A program made the translations under genes and the position numbers. A DNA stretch of 64,000 nt from assembly GCA_951406725.2 (NCBI GenBank), contig OX597827.1, forward strand, positions 51,398,001 through 51,462,000, given 5' to 3'. Origin of the DNA: Octopus vulgaris. Taxonomy: Eukaryota. Below, one piece after another: positions 26,770 to 39,734 of the stretch; positions within the stretch are counted from its first letter, which is position 1; each line of letters opens with the position of its first letter. The notes under the pieces were generated by a model. The model was given only the letters and a program-made list of their open reading frames with translations. It did not search any database and had not been told where the DNA came from.

Positions 26770-27000
26770 TAGCACTTACCATAAACTGATTATATTTTTA
26801 ATTGTCAACAGTTGACACGCATAAATATGATATGAAAAAGCAACAAAAATGCATGTTACATACGATCAAGATAACAAGTTTCTGAAGTCACATGTTATAA
26901 ATGAGAATAACTTACTAAACGCAACTCTGGTCACATTCCAGACAAGATCAACATGAAACGGCCATCTTACTTTAATTTGTTTATGTTTGTTAAGGTGTTC
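26770..27000 (-). promoter_or_regulatory. Probable promoter and non-coding first exon of the zinc-finger gene
   Basis: Locally CpG-richer DNA, YY1-like AAGATGGCCG at 26959-68, and GTAAGT donors at ~26915 and ~26779. Confidence 0.5.
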
Positions 27001-27199
27001 TTCCCAGTTTCTTGACTTTTTTGATTTTTCATTTTCGGTTCTGGCATTCAGTAGTTACCTCCCTTCTATGCTCAACAGAAGAATGCGCTTTTTCACTGTT
27101 AGAAGTAATTCTTTTGGCAGACTCGTCAAGGCCGGTGGCAGTAAAAACATCAACGTTCTGCTTAGCCTGTTGCACGCCGGCGGCCTCACAAAAGAAGAC

Positions 27200-28700
27200 A
27201 ATGCACAAGGAGACTATTCATGAAGACTGACATTCTGAAAACGACTAGTTTACAGTTTAAGACGGGAGAGTCAATGGAAAATGAATGAGTGGAGGTGGTA
27301 TAAAAATACTCAACACGAACATGCAGAAAGGTGGCTAGAGTAGAGAACACATCTGCTGGAGTCTTTCTCAATTACTTTATATCAGTGGCCTTTATTGAGA
27401 TGGGCTGTAGTATACCTGTGTGAGAAGCTGCAGTATCATCCCTGATGTGGAAGCTATATTCCATTGTGGCCTCATCTGAGCTCTTACAGGGTCAGTAATT
27501 GTTTAGAACTAAAGTATTTTCTGCCTCTGAAGAGATATGACTGTTTATGAGATACAGTCTTTGCAGATATTCTCAAGAAGCTGTATTCCATTATGAATCT
27601 CACCTTAGAGGTTCAGTCATTGCTTGGAACTAAAGTATTTTCAGGCTATGAAGAAAAGTGATTGCTTATGAGATGCAGTCTTTGTAGATATTCTGTGTAG
27701 TGAGGCCTAGCATTTGAAGTGATCTTGAGGGTTCTACTCATATGATGTTGCACAATGTTGAAGTTTGAGAGAAGTGAATGAAAAGTGACAACGTCTTTTA
27801 ATATGTGCAGTAATTGTGTTTTATTTACTGCTATTGAAAGAAACAAGATTGTGAAGCTAGCATTGGAAAGGTTTTCGAAGCCTCTCCACATGGATACAGG
27901 GCAGATTTGGCATGATGTTTCTAGACACTTAACTGTCAAAGATTAGAGTAGATCAGTGATTTCCAATATGAGGCTTATCTCCAGGGAATTTTTGTCTTTT
28001 TTTTTTAATGGGACATGGAATTTTAAAAATCTTTTTTTTCGCAGCAAACTTACTACACCTATACTCAGCCAGCCAAACCAATCCCCCCAGACGAGTATAC
28101 TGTGTAAGGACTGTATGCTACATTATAGCACTATTCTAATGCTACGACTGAACCTAACAAAAATGTCTCCTTGAATCAAGGAAATCTATCCATAGTTGCC
28201 AGGCACAAGGTTCTCATTAAAGGGATTCACATTTTTTTTCTTAGTCAATAATGTACTTTTTTTGTACTCAGTACTTAATAAAAGAGTTACTGATATACTC
28301 TTTTCTTTTAAATAATTGTGATAAAATATTAAAAATAAAATTGTTTTCCAGCCACAGGTAGGGCATACATTTTTCTGGAAAGTTATAGTGGAGCCTGATG
28401 GAAAATAGGTTGGGAAACACTGGAGTAGATTGAAGTGTGGTATCCTCTATGTAGAAATGCATATTGTTGGACATAATGGTAAATAGATTGTTGGTGCACA
28501 GAAGAAGAGTGTGAGGCACATTGGACCTGACAAGTTGTAAGTCAAAAACAGCTCTATCAACGAATAGTATGACTGCAATCTAACCGAAAGCCACTGAACC
28601 AAAAGACGAGAAATGAATGAGGCCTGTATATGAACAGTTTTGACAGGTGATTCACATGCCAGATATTGAAGGCAGTGACACATTTTTCACAGAATTGCTG
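27200..28700 (-). mobile_element. Highly decayed Jockey/CR1-group LINE RT region
   Basis: PHTLLLCTNNLFTIMSNNMHFYIEDTTL (cf. SPTLFLLYINDL..IHSYADDTTL) and TMEYSFHI. Confidence 0.6.
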
Positions 28701-28739
28701 AAGGGCAAGAGCCCACCAGTGAGTGACATAGGAGTGTAG

Positions 28740-29800
28740 GTCACCAGGTGATTGGGCTCAATGATAATCATACACCTTTCCTATATATTGAGTAGGACCA
28801 TTTTCTGGAAGGGAGTAGAATCTTGTATGTTTTCTTGCTAACTAGAACTTTGGTTTTTGTTAAGTTAACTTTAAGGCCCTTTGATTTCAAGTTTTGCTTC
28901 AACACATGAAATTTCTTTTCTAATTCTACTTCATATCCAACTATAAAAATTGGGTCATTAGCATATAACAGTTTCCACAGGAATCTGGTCTTAAACTCTT
29001 AAGTTATTACCTTGAGGACTATGATGAATAAAAGGGTACTAAGAACTGAGCTCTGATGAATTCTTACCTGCACTCTAAATTCATAGCTGTACCTGTTCTA
29101 CCTAATGGACAGTATTTCTAGCTTCTTCAGTGACCACTAGATAATAGAGCAAGGACTTTGTTGACGGCTTTTTCCAGGTTAACAAATGGTGAGGCTTACT
29201 TTTAGCAAAATATTTCTGCATTTGCTTCTCCAAGAAGAGAGCATCAATAGAACTTTTTTTTCTGGCACAAAGCTGAATTGCATCTGGTCTATTTAGTCTT
29301 TCTTGTTTCTGCTATCAACATAAACTTTAATTTTTATTTCGTTTTTGGATTTGGTTTGCAAGATTCTTTATATGAGTTCATGTGTTGAAGCATATTCTGT
29401 TGCGTCTGGGGAGAGTCATTTTCTTTTTGTGCCTTATAATATAACACACTCACTGGTAAAATCTCCACTTTTTTCTTATTTTTATTTTCCTAAAATTTTC
29501 GTTGCATCTTGCAACCTTTTCAATAGTTTTAATTTTTACTAAAACAGCAATACCTTTCTTGTGAAATTTCCATCTTCAGGCTTTGCCTTTATTCTTATCC
29601 TGTTAGATCAATTTTAAACTTGGATGTTTAAACTGTGAAGTTTAAACTAACAGAAAAAAATCATTTCTTGCTACTTCAGAAGTTTCATGTTTTGCTTGTA
29701 CAACAGTCTATGCTAAGTGTTCTTTCATTCTTTATATTTTCTATTTTTCATGTACCTAACTTGTTTGATTCCAACCAAGCAGTCAGGAGTTGTACTTGGC
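28740..29800 (-). mobile_element. Decayed RTE LINE fragment
   Basis: Similar to the 40800-41300 and 60000-60900 RTE copies; GVHQGSVLSPLLFII-like segment at ~29020-29070. Confidence 0.55.
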
Positions 29801-29817
29801 AATTCCTAATCCTTCTT

Positions 29818-30098
29818 AAAGGCATGTAGCTTAGTGGTTAGGCTAATCAGCTCATAATTACAAGGTCGTGAGTTCAATTCCTGGTGGGATATTGTGTTCT
29901 TGAGCAAGATGCTTTATTTCATATTGTTCTAGTCCACTTAACTGGCAAAAATGAGTAGTACCTGTAATTCAAAGGGTCAGTCTTGTCATAGTCTGTGTCA
30001 CACTGAATATCCTTGAGAACTACGTTAAGTGTATGCATGTCTGTGGTGTACTCAGCCACTTGCATGTTAATTTCACAAGCAGGCTGTTCCATTGATCA
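29818..30098 (+). mobile_element. tRNA-derived SINE, family C
   Basis: TAGCTTAGTGGTTAGG A-box, GAGTTCAATTCC B-box, CTTGAGCAAGATGCTTTATTTCA core. Confidence 0.8.
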
Positions 30099-30287
30099 GG
30101 TAGATAGATTAGATAGATTGATAGAGAAAGAGAGAGAAAGAAAGAGAAGAGTGAGAGGGGTTAGAATGTATTAAATGACCAAATAGTTTTGGTTATTGAT
30201 ATTTCATGTACGGTACCATTAGTCTTACCTACAATCAATTGCATGCCTTTCATCCCCTAAATCATAAAGCTGTATTCAAACAAACTA

Positions 30288-30717
30288 AGGCGGCGAGCTG
30301 GCAGAATCGTTAGCACGCCAGGCGAAATGCTTAGCGGTATTTCATCTGTCGTTACATTCTGAGTTCAAATTCCACCGAGGTCGACTTTGCCTTTCATCCT
30401 TTCGGGGTTGATAAATTAAGTACCAGTTACGCACTGGGGTCGATGTAATCGACTTAATACCTATGTCTGTCCTTGTTTGTCTCCTCTGTGTTCAGCCCCT
30501 TGTGGGTAATAAAGAAATAGGTATTTCATGTGTCGTTACATTCTGAGTTCAAATTCCACCGAGGTCGACTTTGCCTTTCATCCTTACGGGGTTGATAAAT
30601 TAAGTACCAGTTACGCACTGAGGTCGATGTAATCGGCTTAATCCGTTTGTCTGTCCTTGTTTGTCCCCTCTGTGTTTATGTGTTTAGCCCCTTGTGGGTA
30701 GTAAAGAAATATGTATT
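30288..30717 (+). mobile_element. SINE family B dimer
   Basis: Full unit followed by a head-less second unit; flanked by TGTATTCA(A/C)ACAAA. Confidence 0.9.
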
Positions 30718-30886
30718 CACACAAATATTTAGATATAATATCATTTCTTCATTGCTTATACTTCCATATGTAAATATAAATATCGACATACATGCATACA
30801 TGATAAACATATACTAGACACACACACACACACATCCTGTTCACTGAAATTTATTCACATGTTAATTTTTACCTCTTCATTTTCAT

Positions 30887-31756
30887 TAGTGGGTCTCAAC
30901 CCTTTCTTTACCTATGGACCCCTTTGATCCCTAATTTACTCCACTGGACCGACATAGCTGTTTGATGTTTTAAAAAATCTTATTGTATTTTTATGATTAA
31001 ATATTATTACGAATTGTATAAAAAAAATTGTTAAAATATTTTGTGTATTGTAGAAGTGTAAGCAATTTATTGCACATAATAATAATGTTACACATTACAC
31101 ATTAGGTGCAGGAGTGGATGTGTGGTAAGTAGCTTGCTTACCAACCACATTGTTCCAGGTTCAGTCCCATTGTGTGACACCTTGGGAAAGTGTCTTCTAC
31201 TATAGCCTTGGGCCAACCAAAGCCTTGTGAGTGGATTTGAAAGAAGCCCATCGTATATATGTATATATATGTGTGTGTGTTTGGGTTTGTCTCCCCAACA
31301 TCGCTTGACAACCGATGCTGGTGTGTTTACATCCCCGTAACTTAGAGGTTTGGCAAAGAGACCGATAGAATAAGTATTAGGCTTGCAAAGAATAAGTCCT
31401 GGGGTCGATTTGCTCAACTAAAAGGCGGTGCTCCAGCATGGCCACAGTCAAATAACTGAAACAAGTAAAAGAGTAAAAGAATAAACTTTAACAACAAAAT
31501 CTTATGTAGAATCCCCGAGCTGGTGGCATGTAAAAAGCACCCACAACACTCTCCGAGTGGTTGGCATTAGGAAAGGCATCCAGCTGTAGAAACTCTACCA
31601 GATCAAGATTGGAGCTTGGTACAGCCATCTGGTTCGCCAGCCCTCAGTCAAAATCATCCAACCCATGCTAGCATGGAAAGCAGACGTTAAACCATGATGA
31701 TGATGATGATGATGATGACTCCCAATAGTGATATGGACCCTAATAGAGAACCTCTA
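30887..31756. mobile_element. hAT-like MITE containing a nested SINE-A (31105-31482) and an RTE tail (31518-31718)
   Basis: Ends TAGTGGGTCTCAACC / AGAGAACCTCTA, subterminal ATGGACCC repeats. Confidence 0.6.
31105..31482 (+). mobile_element. SINE family A
   Basis: Full-length match to the other copies. Confidence 0.9.
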
Positions 31757-31920
31757 GTTTACACATTGCAAATCACTGTTGAAAATTAATTTTGTTTGAA
31801 ATATCTGGTCTGCCACAACATTAACTCTTCTTTGAATCAAGATTTTAAGTTCAAACAGTTAGTTATGAAAATGATTACAGATGTCTCATCTCAGAACTAT
31901 TTAAATCAATTGAATTCATT

Positions 31921-32135
31921 ACTCTTTTACTCTTTTACTTGTTTTAGTCATTTGACTGCGGCCATGCTGGAGCACCGCCTTTAGTCGAGCAAATCGACCC
32001 CGGGACTTATTCTTTGTAAGCCCAGTACTTATTCTATCGGTCTCTTTTGCCGAACCGCTAAGTGACGGGGACGTAAACACACCAGCATCGGTTGTCAAGC
32101 AATGCTAGGGGGACAAACACAGACACACAACATGT

Positions 32136-32168
<33 letters not shown>

Positions 32169-32343
32169 CATACACATATATGACAAGCTTCTTTCAGTTT
32201 CCGTCTACCAAATCCACTCACAAGGCATTGGTCGGCCCGGGGCTATAGCAGAAGACACTTGCCCAAGATGCCATGCAGTGGGACTGAACCCGGAACCATG
32301 TGGTTGGTTAGCAAGCTACTTACCACACAGCCACTCCTGCGCC
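31921..32343 (-). mobile_element. SINE family A (young)
   Basis: Full-length match to the other copies. Confidence 0.9.
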
Positions 32344-32544
32344 TTAGTGAGGAATATTAATGAAATAATTAGAATATAAATTACACAAATTTCATGCTGT
32401 GAGCATGTTATTCCAGTTTGTTTTGATCTAAGGTTTTCTGAGAAGGTTTTCATTTTGGTCTTTTAATTTATCTTGTGGCTACTCAACATCAATAATTAAC
32501 ACTCTTTCTTATGTGCTGCTTTCCTTCAAATGCCATTACCATAG

Positions 32545-32826
32545 TATGATGATGGTGATGCGATGATGATGATGATAATGATAATGATGATGATAATGGT
32601 GATAATGATGATAATGGTGGTGGTGGTGGTGGTGGTGGTGGTGATAAGGAGGAGGAGGAGGAGGAGGAATGAAAGAGGAGGGTAGTATAGAAGGGGAAGG
32701 AGGTGGTGGATGGGGAATGTGGAGAGGAAGGAGGAGGAGGAGGAAGAGGGACAGATGATAATGATGATGATGGTGGTGGTGGTGGTGATGATGATGATGA
32801 TGAGGAGGAGGAGGAGGAGGAGGAGG
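32545..32826. repeat. Compound (GAT)/(GGT)/(GAG) microsatellite
   Basis: Direct reading; the GAT-GGT-GAG block order occurs twice. Confidence 0.95.
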
Positions 32827-33426
32827 CTGCTGCTGAGGCTGATCTTATTAGTATTGCAGTTGGTGATGAAATGCCCTGTGTTTTGCTTAATTTTCAGAAT
32901 AAGAATATCGAAGGAATTTACTAAATAATTAACTTTTTCATTACAAAGCTGGAGTTTGAACAATATATGATGATAATTGTTTCTATTTAAGCCTGAACTC
33001 TTTAAAACAATGACCTCAGGTGGGTTGGCAGTCTGCAATTATTCCTGTTTGCTTTTTATCTCCCATTTAAGAAATAAAGCTGACTTGATGAAATGAAAGG
33101 CTTCCAATTCCATTTTAAAATCTGAGATTTCTTAAAATCTACTAGAAATGTACACCATATATGGAACTATAATGTACTGTTTTAATTGTTACAAAGTGAA
33201 AGTTGAAAGATTAATAGAGTAAACATTGTAACTTACAGTCAAATTACAAATTTTTTTCTAGAGTCTAGTCTCTGGACTGTGTAATTTAGAAGAAGTTTGA
33301 TGCTTTAATGAAGAAATTTTCAAACATTTACCTTCAAATATCATTTGTCATTTTATGCAATACATTTTCTATTAAACATTTGCTGCAGAATCATCTTTGT
33401 AATTTTAACATAATTCTTTTTTAGCC

Positions 33427-34090
33427 ATTGGCATCACTCACCAAGTCCTTTGTGAGCCGCTCTCCGGCTATCTATCTGTGACTTTATATAGCTATGGTAA
33501 GACCTCACCTGGAATTTGCATCACCGGTCTGGAACCCCTATCTTGCCCAGGATATTAATCATCTGGAAGCCGTTCAGCGACGTGCAACCAAGAGAATACC
33601 CTCCATCAGGCATTTGACGTATTCTGAATGCCTTACTTCCCTGGGCATGGACACATTGAAACTCTGACGTCTGGCAGCTGACTTGGCAGACACCCATAAA
33701 ATTATTAACCATCTTACAAACAATAATTCTGAGCACCTTTTCAAACTCCACCCATCTAACACCTGTGGACATATTTACAAAGTCAGAAAACAGCACAGCT
33801 CCCATGACTTTCGGAAACATTTTTTCACGCTGAAAGTTGCTGAAGCATGGAACAAACTTCCGGCATCAGTTATTAGTTGTCGGAGCACTGCATCCTTCAA
33901 AACTTCCATGCTTTCTGAGATTCACCAACACTACACCTGATTTTCTCCCCTCCATACACACACAAGCATGGATCTGACTCATACATTATTCACTTTCCAG
34001 ACATTTGTACATTACTGCATATACTTTATATGCACTGTCTGACAAGTTGTGGTGCACCTGAGCACTGTATACAATAATTTCATTATATTA
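33427..34090 (+). mobile_element. 5'-truncated CR1/L2-group LINE
   Basis: LYIAMVRPHLEFASPVWNPYLAQDINHLEAVQRRATK...RKHFFTLKVAEAWNKLP with two stops; (ATT)-like tail. Confidence 0.9.
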
Positions 34091-34214
34091 TAATAAAAGT
34101 TCTTTAACCAAGGCAATAAGTAAAACATGTTGAACATGTATAGACATTCTCTTGGCATTTAAAAACAAGCAAATTCAATATCAATATTTTTATACTTTGT
34201 TTAAAGCAGTAAAC

Positions 34215-34418
34215 AGGCGGAATTGTTGGCAGACCAAGTGAAATGCTTAGCGGCATTTCATCTATCTTTGTGTTCTGAGTTCAAATTCTACTGTGATCAA
34301 CTTTGCCTTTCATCCTTTCAGGGTTGATAAACTAAGTACCAGTTGAATACTGGGGTTGATTTAATTGACTGAGCCCTCTCCCCCAAACCTGCTGGCCTTG
34401 TGCCAAAATTTGAAACCA
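34215..34418 (+). mobile_element. SINE family B (older subfamily)
   Basis: Core GCCTTTCATCCTTTCAGGGTTGATAAA..AAGTACCAG. Confidence 0.8.
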
Positions 34419-35243
34419 ATATTTTATACTTTGTTTAGAAAATATTGTCTGCATTACTCAAAAGGTTTGAAACTCTTTGCAATTGTGAAATGTTAATATA
34501 ATCACATAAGAATAAATAAGATACTCATGTAGATAAGAGAGATCAGGAATTTATTTCTATCTCTACTACTAATTGCTAAGGTACATTTTTTTTATAGAGA
34601 AGATTCATGAAATTATTCAGCACAGTTTTCCAAAGTCACAAATAATATCCCAATGTAGAGATAATATCCAAATCAATCATCTGTAAATATAAATATTGAA
34701 AACATCTGTAGAATATGAAATATATTTGGTAAATTAATACATGTCATATAATCAAATACTTCACAGAAAATATAATGAAATTTTTTGTTAGATTTTAAAG
34801 AAATGTTAAATAACCATACAACTTTTGCTGTCTAATTAATGGTAATATTTTGCTTTGTCAGCTTATCCTTACTTGTTTTTTCAGGCTATCTTCAACTCCA
34901 TTAGGATTGCTGTATCACAAAGCAAACTTACTGCCTCTCTTTGAATTTCACTAATACAATTTATTTCTTTTTAGTCTGATTTGCTGATCATCTTTCCACC
35001 ATGATAAAGATTTTTATTTGTCCTCAAGTTGAAGTCATAGAGAAATCTTTTGATTAATAATTCAACAATGTATATTTCATTTTGCAATATAATGCAATAA
35101 GATGAGCTCAAAGCCTACAGATCATAACCACAAATTTAGTGAAAGTGTAATATTCAAAGTATAATGTAATTATGATGTAAATAAAGTTACAAAATACAGA
35201 AAATGCTTGAAGATATATAATGGTTCGATAAAAAGCTACTTAC

Positions 35244-35300
35244 CCTCAGTTTGAATATCAAAGTTGAAATATACTGGAATTTCTTGCTGCTGAAGCCGAA
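35244..35300 (-). CDS. Candidate 57-nt phase-1 exon (V)RLQQQEIPVYFNFDIQTE, similar to exon 48488-48553
   Basis: CATTTTTCAG acceptor, AGG|GTAAGT donor, open phase-1 frame. Confidence 0.6.
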
Positions 35301-35647
35301 CTGAAAAATGTTAAACAGATTTAAGAAGAATCATATAATTTTAAAAGAAATGAAAATAACACAGAATTTAAACAGTAATCACAACAGACAAAAATGTGAT
35401 CCAGAAAGTTCTTTAGTAGAATATAGATAGAGTATTTAAAGATAAGTGCTTCATAACAAATGGTTGTATTGGAAAGATTTCACATAGTTAAGACAAGTGC
35501 ACAAACTCAGGCTGTTATTTTTTATCCTTTTATCGGTCTTTGATTGCAGTCATGCTGGAGCACCATAAATTGTTGAAATATTGAAACATGTTTCCTTCTC
35601 TAACACCACTGGTATATTGGATTAATTGGTATTGGTAGGTGCAATAA

Positions 35648-36070
35648 TGGCGAGTGAGCTGCAGAAATGTTAGCATGCTGGGCGAAATGCTTTGTGGTAT
35701 TTCGTCTGCCGTTACGTTCTGAGTTCAAATTCCACCGAGGTCGACTTTGCCTTTCATCCTTTCAGGGTCGATAAATTAAGTACCAATTACGAACTGGGGT
35801 CGATGTAATCGACTTAATACCTATGTCTGTCCTTGTTTGTTCCCTCTGTGTTTAGCCCCTTGTGGGTAATAAAGAAATAGGTATTTCGTCTGCCGTTACG
35901 TTCTGAGTTCAAATTCCGCCGAGGTTGACTTTGCCTTTCATCCTTTCGGGGTCAATTAAATAAGTACCAGTTACGCACTGGGGTCGATATAATCGACTTA
36001 ATCCGTTTGTCTGTCTTTGTTTGTCCTCTCTGTGTTTAGCCCCTTGTGGGTAGTAAAGAAATAGGTATTG
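35648..36070 (+). mobile_element. SINE family B dimer
   Basis: Same two-unit structure as 30288; flanked by GTATTG(G/A)TAGGTGCA. Confidence 0.9.
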
Positions 36071-37511
36071 ATAGGTGCATATATTACTTTCCATTTATTT
36101 TAGAAATGATATTAGTAATTCAATTAATTTTTATTCAGTTATTTTAATCAGTTTGTCATATTCATTAGATGAGAAACAGCTTTCATTTTCTTTAATAAGA
36201 AGCTTCTACTGACATTTGCATACTTTTGATTTCAATTGATATTCTATGGGAATTTGATTGTCAATGGCAATGACATCCTGTGCCTTACCGATAAACACAC
36301 TGTCTCAATGATAAAAACATTAGGAGTAATTCGATCTATCAGAGAATGCATGGTTTATTGTTGATTTGAATGGGATTTAATGTGTAATTGGTGAGTGCAT
36401 TTCAATTAACAGTGCTGCTCTAAAGAAGTTTTTTATGAATGAAATCACTAATGGGATGGGATTCCTATTCATAAAGTGTAAGACAGCCAAAAGAAACTTA
36501 AGTACTTTTGTCTATTACATATGATGCACTTCAGCAGACAGGAAACATTTACCGGAATTAGCAATAAAAGATAATTTCCTTAACTCATATCCAGTCAATG
36601 ATCTAATAGCTCAAATCATGTCTTTGCCACCAATACAGCTGGTATAGTCTATTCCATCAACTTAAATCGTTAAATTAATTGAGTAACTCATTGGATCAAT
36701 CGATTTGTTATTAGGTTTTCTTTTCTTTATCTTCTTCCAGTATATTATACTTCTGTTATACCAGTGATTCTGAAAATGTGTTGGTCATGAAAGTATGTTG
36801 CTTATGAAATTATGTTCTGTCATAACTTAGCTTTAGCTAGATTGTGTCAAACAACAAATATTTTTGGTTGCCTAATCTGTGCTGACCTTTTCATTTTTCT
36901 CAGTATAATGCAATTATATGATGGTTGAACAAGTGAAACAGTTAAATATTTTTCAAATCACAAAAGCTTGTAAAGCTGGAACATAATTCCTGAAAGAAGT
37001 TAAGAAGCAAAGAAGTTAAGAAGCAGTTAAGAAGTAAATCTTCTCTTGACCGATTCTTCCTATCATGGGTAACTTTCCCCAAAAAACCCTGAATAGCTAA
37101 ATGAATTTAAATTTATAGAACTAAGTATCCAGCTAAAATACTCAATGTCATGTTACAACCCTAACCTAAATATTAATATTATAACCACTATTGTGCAAGT
37201 ACACACACACCAGCACACACACACACACATGCAACACATGTGTGCACACACACACGCACACACACACACATACACACACACACACATATGCAACAAGCTT
37301 TTGTGTTGATTGCTTGTTTTCCCAGCGGTACTTGGCAACTGGTGTTAGTTTGTATATGTCAGCAGAAACGAGACCAATAGAATAAATGACCAACTTCAAA
37401 GATAAGACCTGGGCTCAATTTGATTAACTAAATACTTTGAGGCTGCCTCACAGTCCAATGACTGGTATAAATAAAAGAGCAAATATATATACCTCTTGTT
37501 TTTTAGCTTAC

Positions 37512-37538
37512 CATAATTCAATATGTGATGATTGCTGG
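37512..37538 (-). CDS. Candidate 27-nt phase-1 microexon (A)SNHHILNY
   Basis: TTGATTTCAG acceptor, ATG|GTAAGC donor, length 3n. Confidence 0.45.
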
Positions 37539-38879
37539 CTGAAATCAACATTCTTCTTGACTTCTTTTAATTGGAATAATCAATAATATTTAGCTTACTA
37601 TGTAAATAAACAATGCAGAACTAATTTGTGTTGCATAATTAATTTTTAGCAAAATTAACTTCTTTTTACACTTATGTATTAGTTTTGCAAGGTATTTGAT
37701 GAGAAAACATGTGTCAAAACAGACATTGTTATACTTGGGGATGGTCATTCTTTTTTTTCTTTTGTTTACCAATTAAACACATACACTATATATTTAGTCT
37801 TTACTTCAGCATTATTATTATTTTAGCTTAGTTTTAGTTTTTTTGTCGAAGTCCTTTTTTACTTTTACCTGTGTCAGTCAAGTTACTGAAATAGGTTGAA
37901 GACTTTATGCCAAATAAATCAATCCCAGCACTTATTAGTTTTAAGCCTGGTAATTATTCATTTGGTCTCTTTTGCTGAACCACTAAGTTATGGGGATATA
38001 AATCAACACCAGTTGTGAAATGGTGGTTGGGAACAAACACAAACACAAAGTCACACACACAAAGATACATATACATATATGATGGGCTTCTTTCAGCTTC
38101 CATTGACAATATTCACCCACAAAGCTTTGGCTGGTCTAGGACTATAATATCTGTCAGATCTTAATGCAGAGAAGTTCAAAGATGGAATGATTAAATGTGG
38201 AGAGTGAAGTGTGTCAGAGGGGGGACTGGGGTGGGCAGGTGGTATTAAGATAGGGAATGGTGAAAGGAGAAAAGATAGTTCAAGAAGAGTAAGGGGTTAA
38301 TAGTGAGGCTAGTAAGGGAGTAGTAGTAGAGGTGGGGGACAAGGAAGGTGAATAGGAGGGTGGGGTAGATAGTATGTGAATGGTAGTCCCTTGTGTCAAG
38401 TTTGTTGAGGTGTAGGGATGAAAGCTATAAAATTATTGGTTAAGATGGTGAGAAAAGGAATTATTTGAGGGAAGCAAGGTGTCTAGTTCAGTGACAGAGG
38501 GAGATTACTAAGTTATGTAGAGGGGTATGAGAGAAGATAGTGGTGGATGGACAGATTGGGGGTTGAATTGGTGGTCAAGATAGCAGTGGTTAGTAAGATA
38601 ATGAATGTGGGTTGGTGTTGGAGGTGGAGTACAGTGGTATGGAGAGGTGTATGAAATTGAATAGAGAAAAGTGAATAGATAGGGGGAGAGGGGCTGACAG
38701 GTTAGTATCCAAATGAGTGGGGTAGTATTAAGTGCTTTTGGTTGAGGAGGAGAAATGAGAGGAGACCACTTGTGAGGGGGGGGGCTATGAAGGAGGTAGG
38801 ATGTAGTGGGTTAGTGAAATTTGCAAAGGTAACAATGAGAAAGAATAGTTTAATAAGGAGGGTAGTATTAGTTGAGGTA

Positions 38880-39460
38880 GTAAGTTGCTAGGCTGATCTT
38901 GTCATGCTCCAAGGTTAATTTTGTGTTATTATACTTATAGTTAAGGGATTACATAGATTTAATAAAATGCGTAAAGGATGAGTAGAACCTGTGTTTACAA
39001 GATAGTATTACATCTGAGAATCTATTAAGTAATGAGGGGTTTTGGTAGAAAAGGATGGTTAGCGATTCTCTTAAACATAATTTACACATACTGATGCTTG
39101 AATTGTCTTAGGGAGCCTCACCTACAATGGACCAAGATAGGGTATAGGGAATATTTTGAGATTAAAGGTTGTGTATATAAATTGCTAAGGAGGTAGATAA
39201 TTTAGAATTTGGATTGGAGAAAGAGTTCATGTGTGCATGGTAGTAATGCTTGAAATCAACAATGCCATCGATATAGACCCTTGCTTGGTAGGAGCATGTT
39301 GTTATAACAGGGCACTTGTACACTACATTTTTACTCAGACAGAAACCTCCAAGAGGGCATAGTAGAGAAACCCAACAATTGCAAGTTTTGCTAGCCGCTC
39401 TGTGGTTGGAGTTTACCGTTGGGGAGGTCAAACTCCAGCAGTCCATTATTAGTAAAGGAC
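38880..39460 (-). mobile_element. Penelope-like GIY-YIG endonuclease fragment
   Basis: CNCWVSLLCPLGGFCLSKNVVYKC...VYIDGIVDFKHYYHAHMNSF...STSLAIYIHNL. Confidence 0.8.
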
Positions 39461-39734
39461 AACCTGAAGTACAATCTGTATCTGTATTGGATTGGGAGGG
39501 GGTATCGATGCTAGTATATGTCGTCACATGGGTAGAATTGTGGGAAGATGCCTTGTGTCTGGTAGTATTATATACATATTTTGTATTTGATGTACTTAAT
39601 ATATCTAACATATTTGATCTAATTTGATACTACACCCACTCAACCTAATTCCTTTTATAGCCTTTCTTTACCTTGTGGAGAGTACTACTACATGTCTTCT
39701 TTACAGAGAATATCTGAATCTCATCTGTGAATTA

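Noticed and set aside
32526-33038. 170-aa poly-I/L/T/S ORF and opposite-strand acidic ORFs
   Set aside because: Trinucleotide microsatellite artefacts
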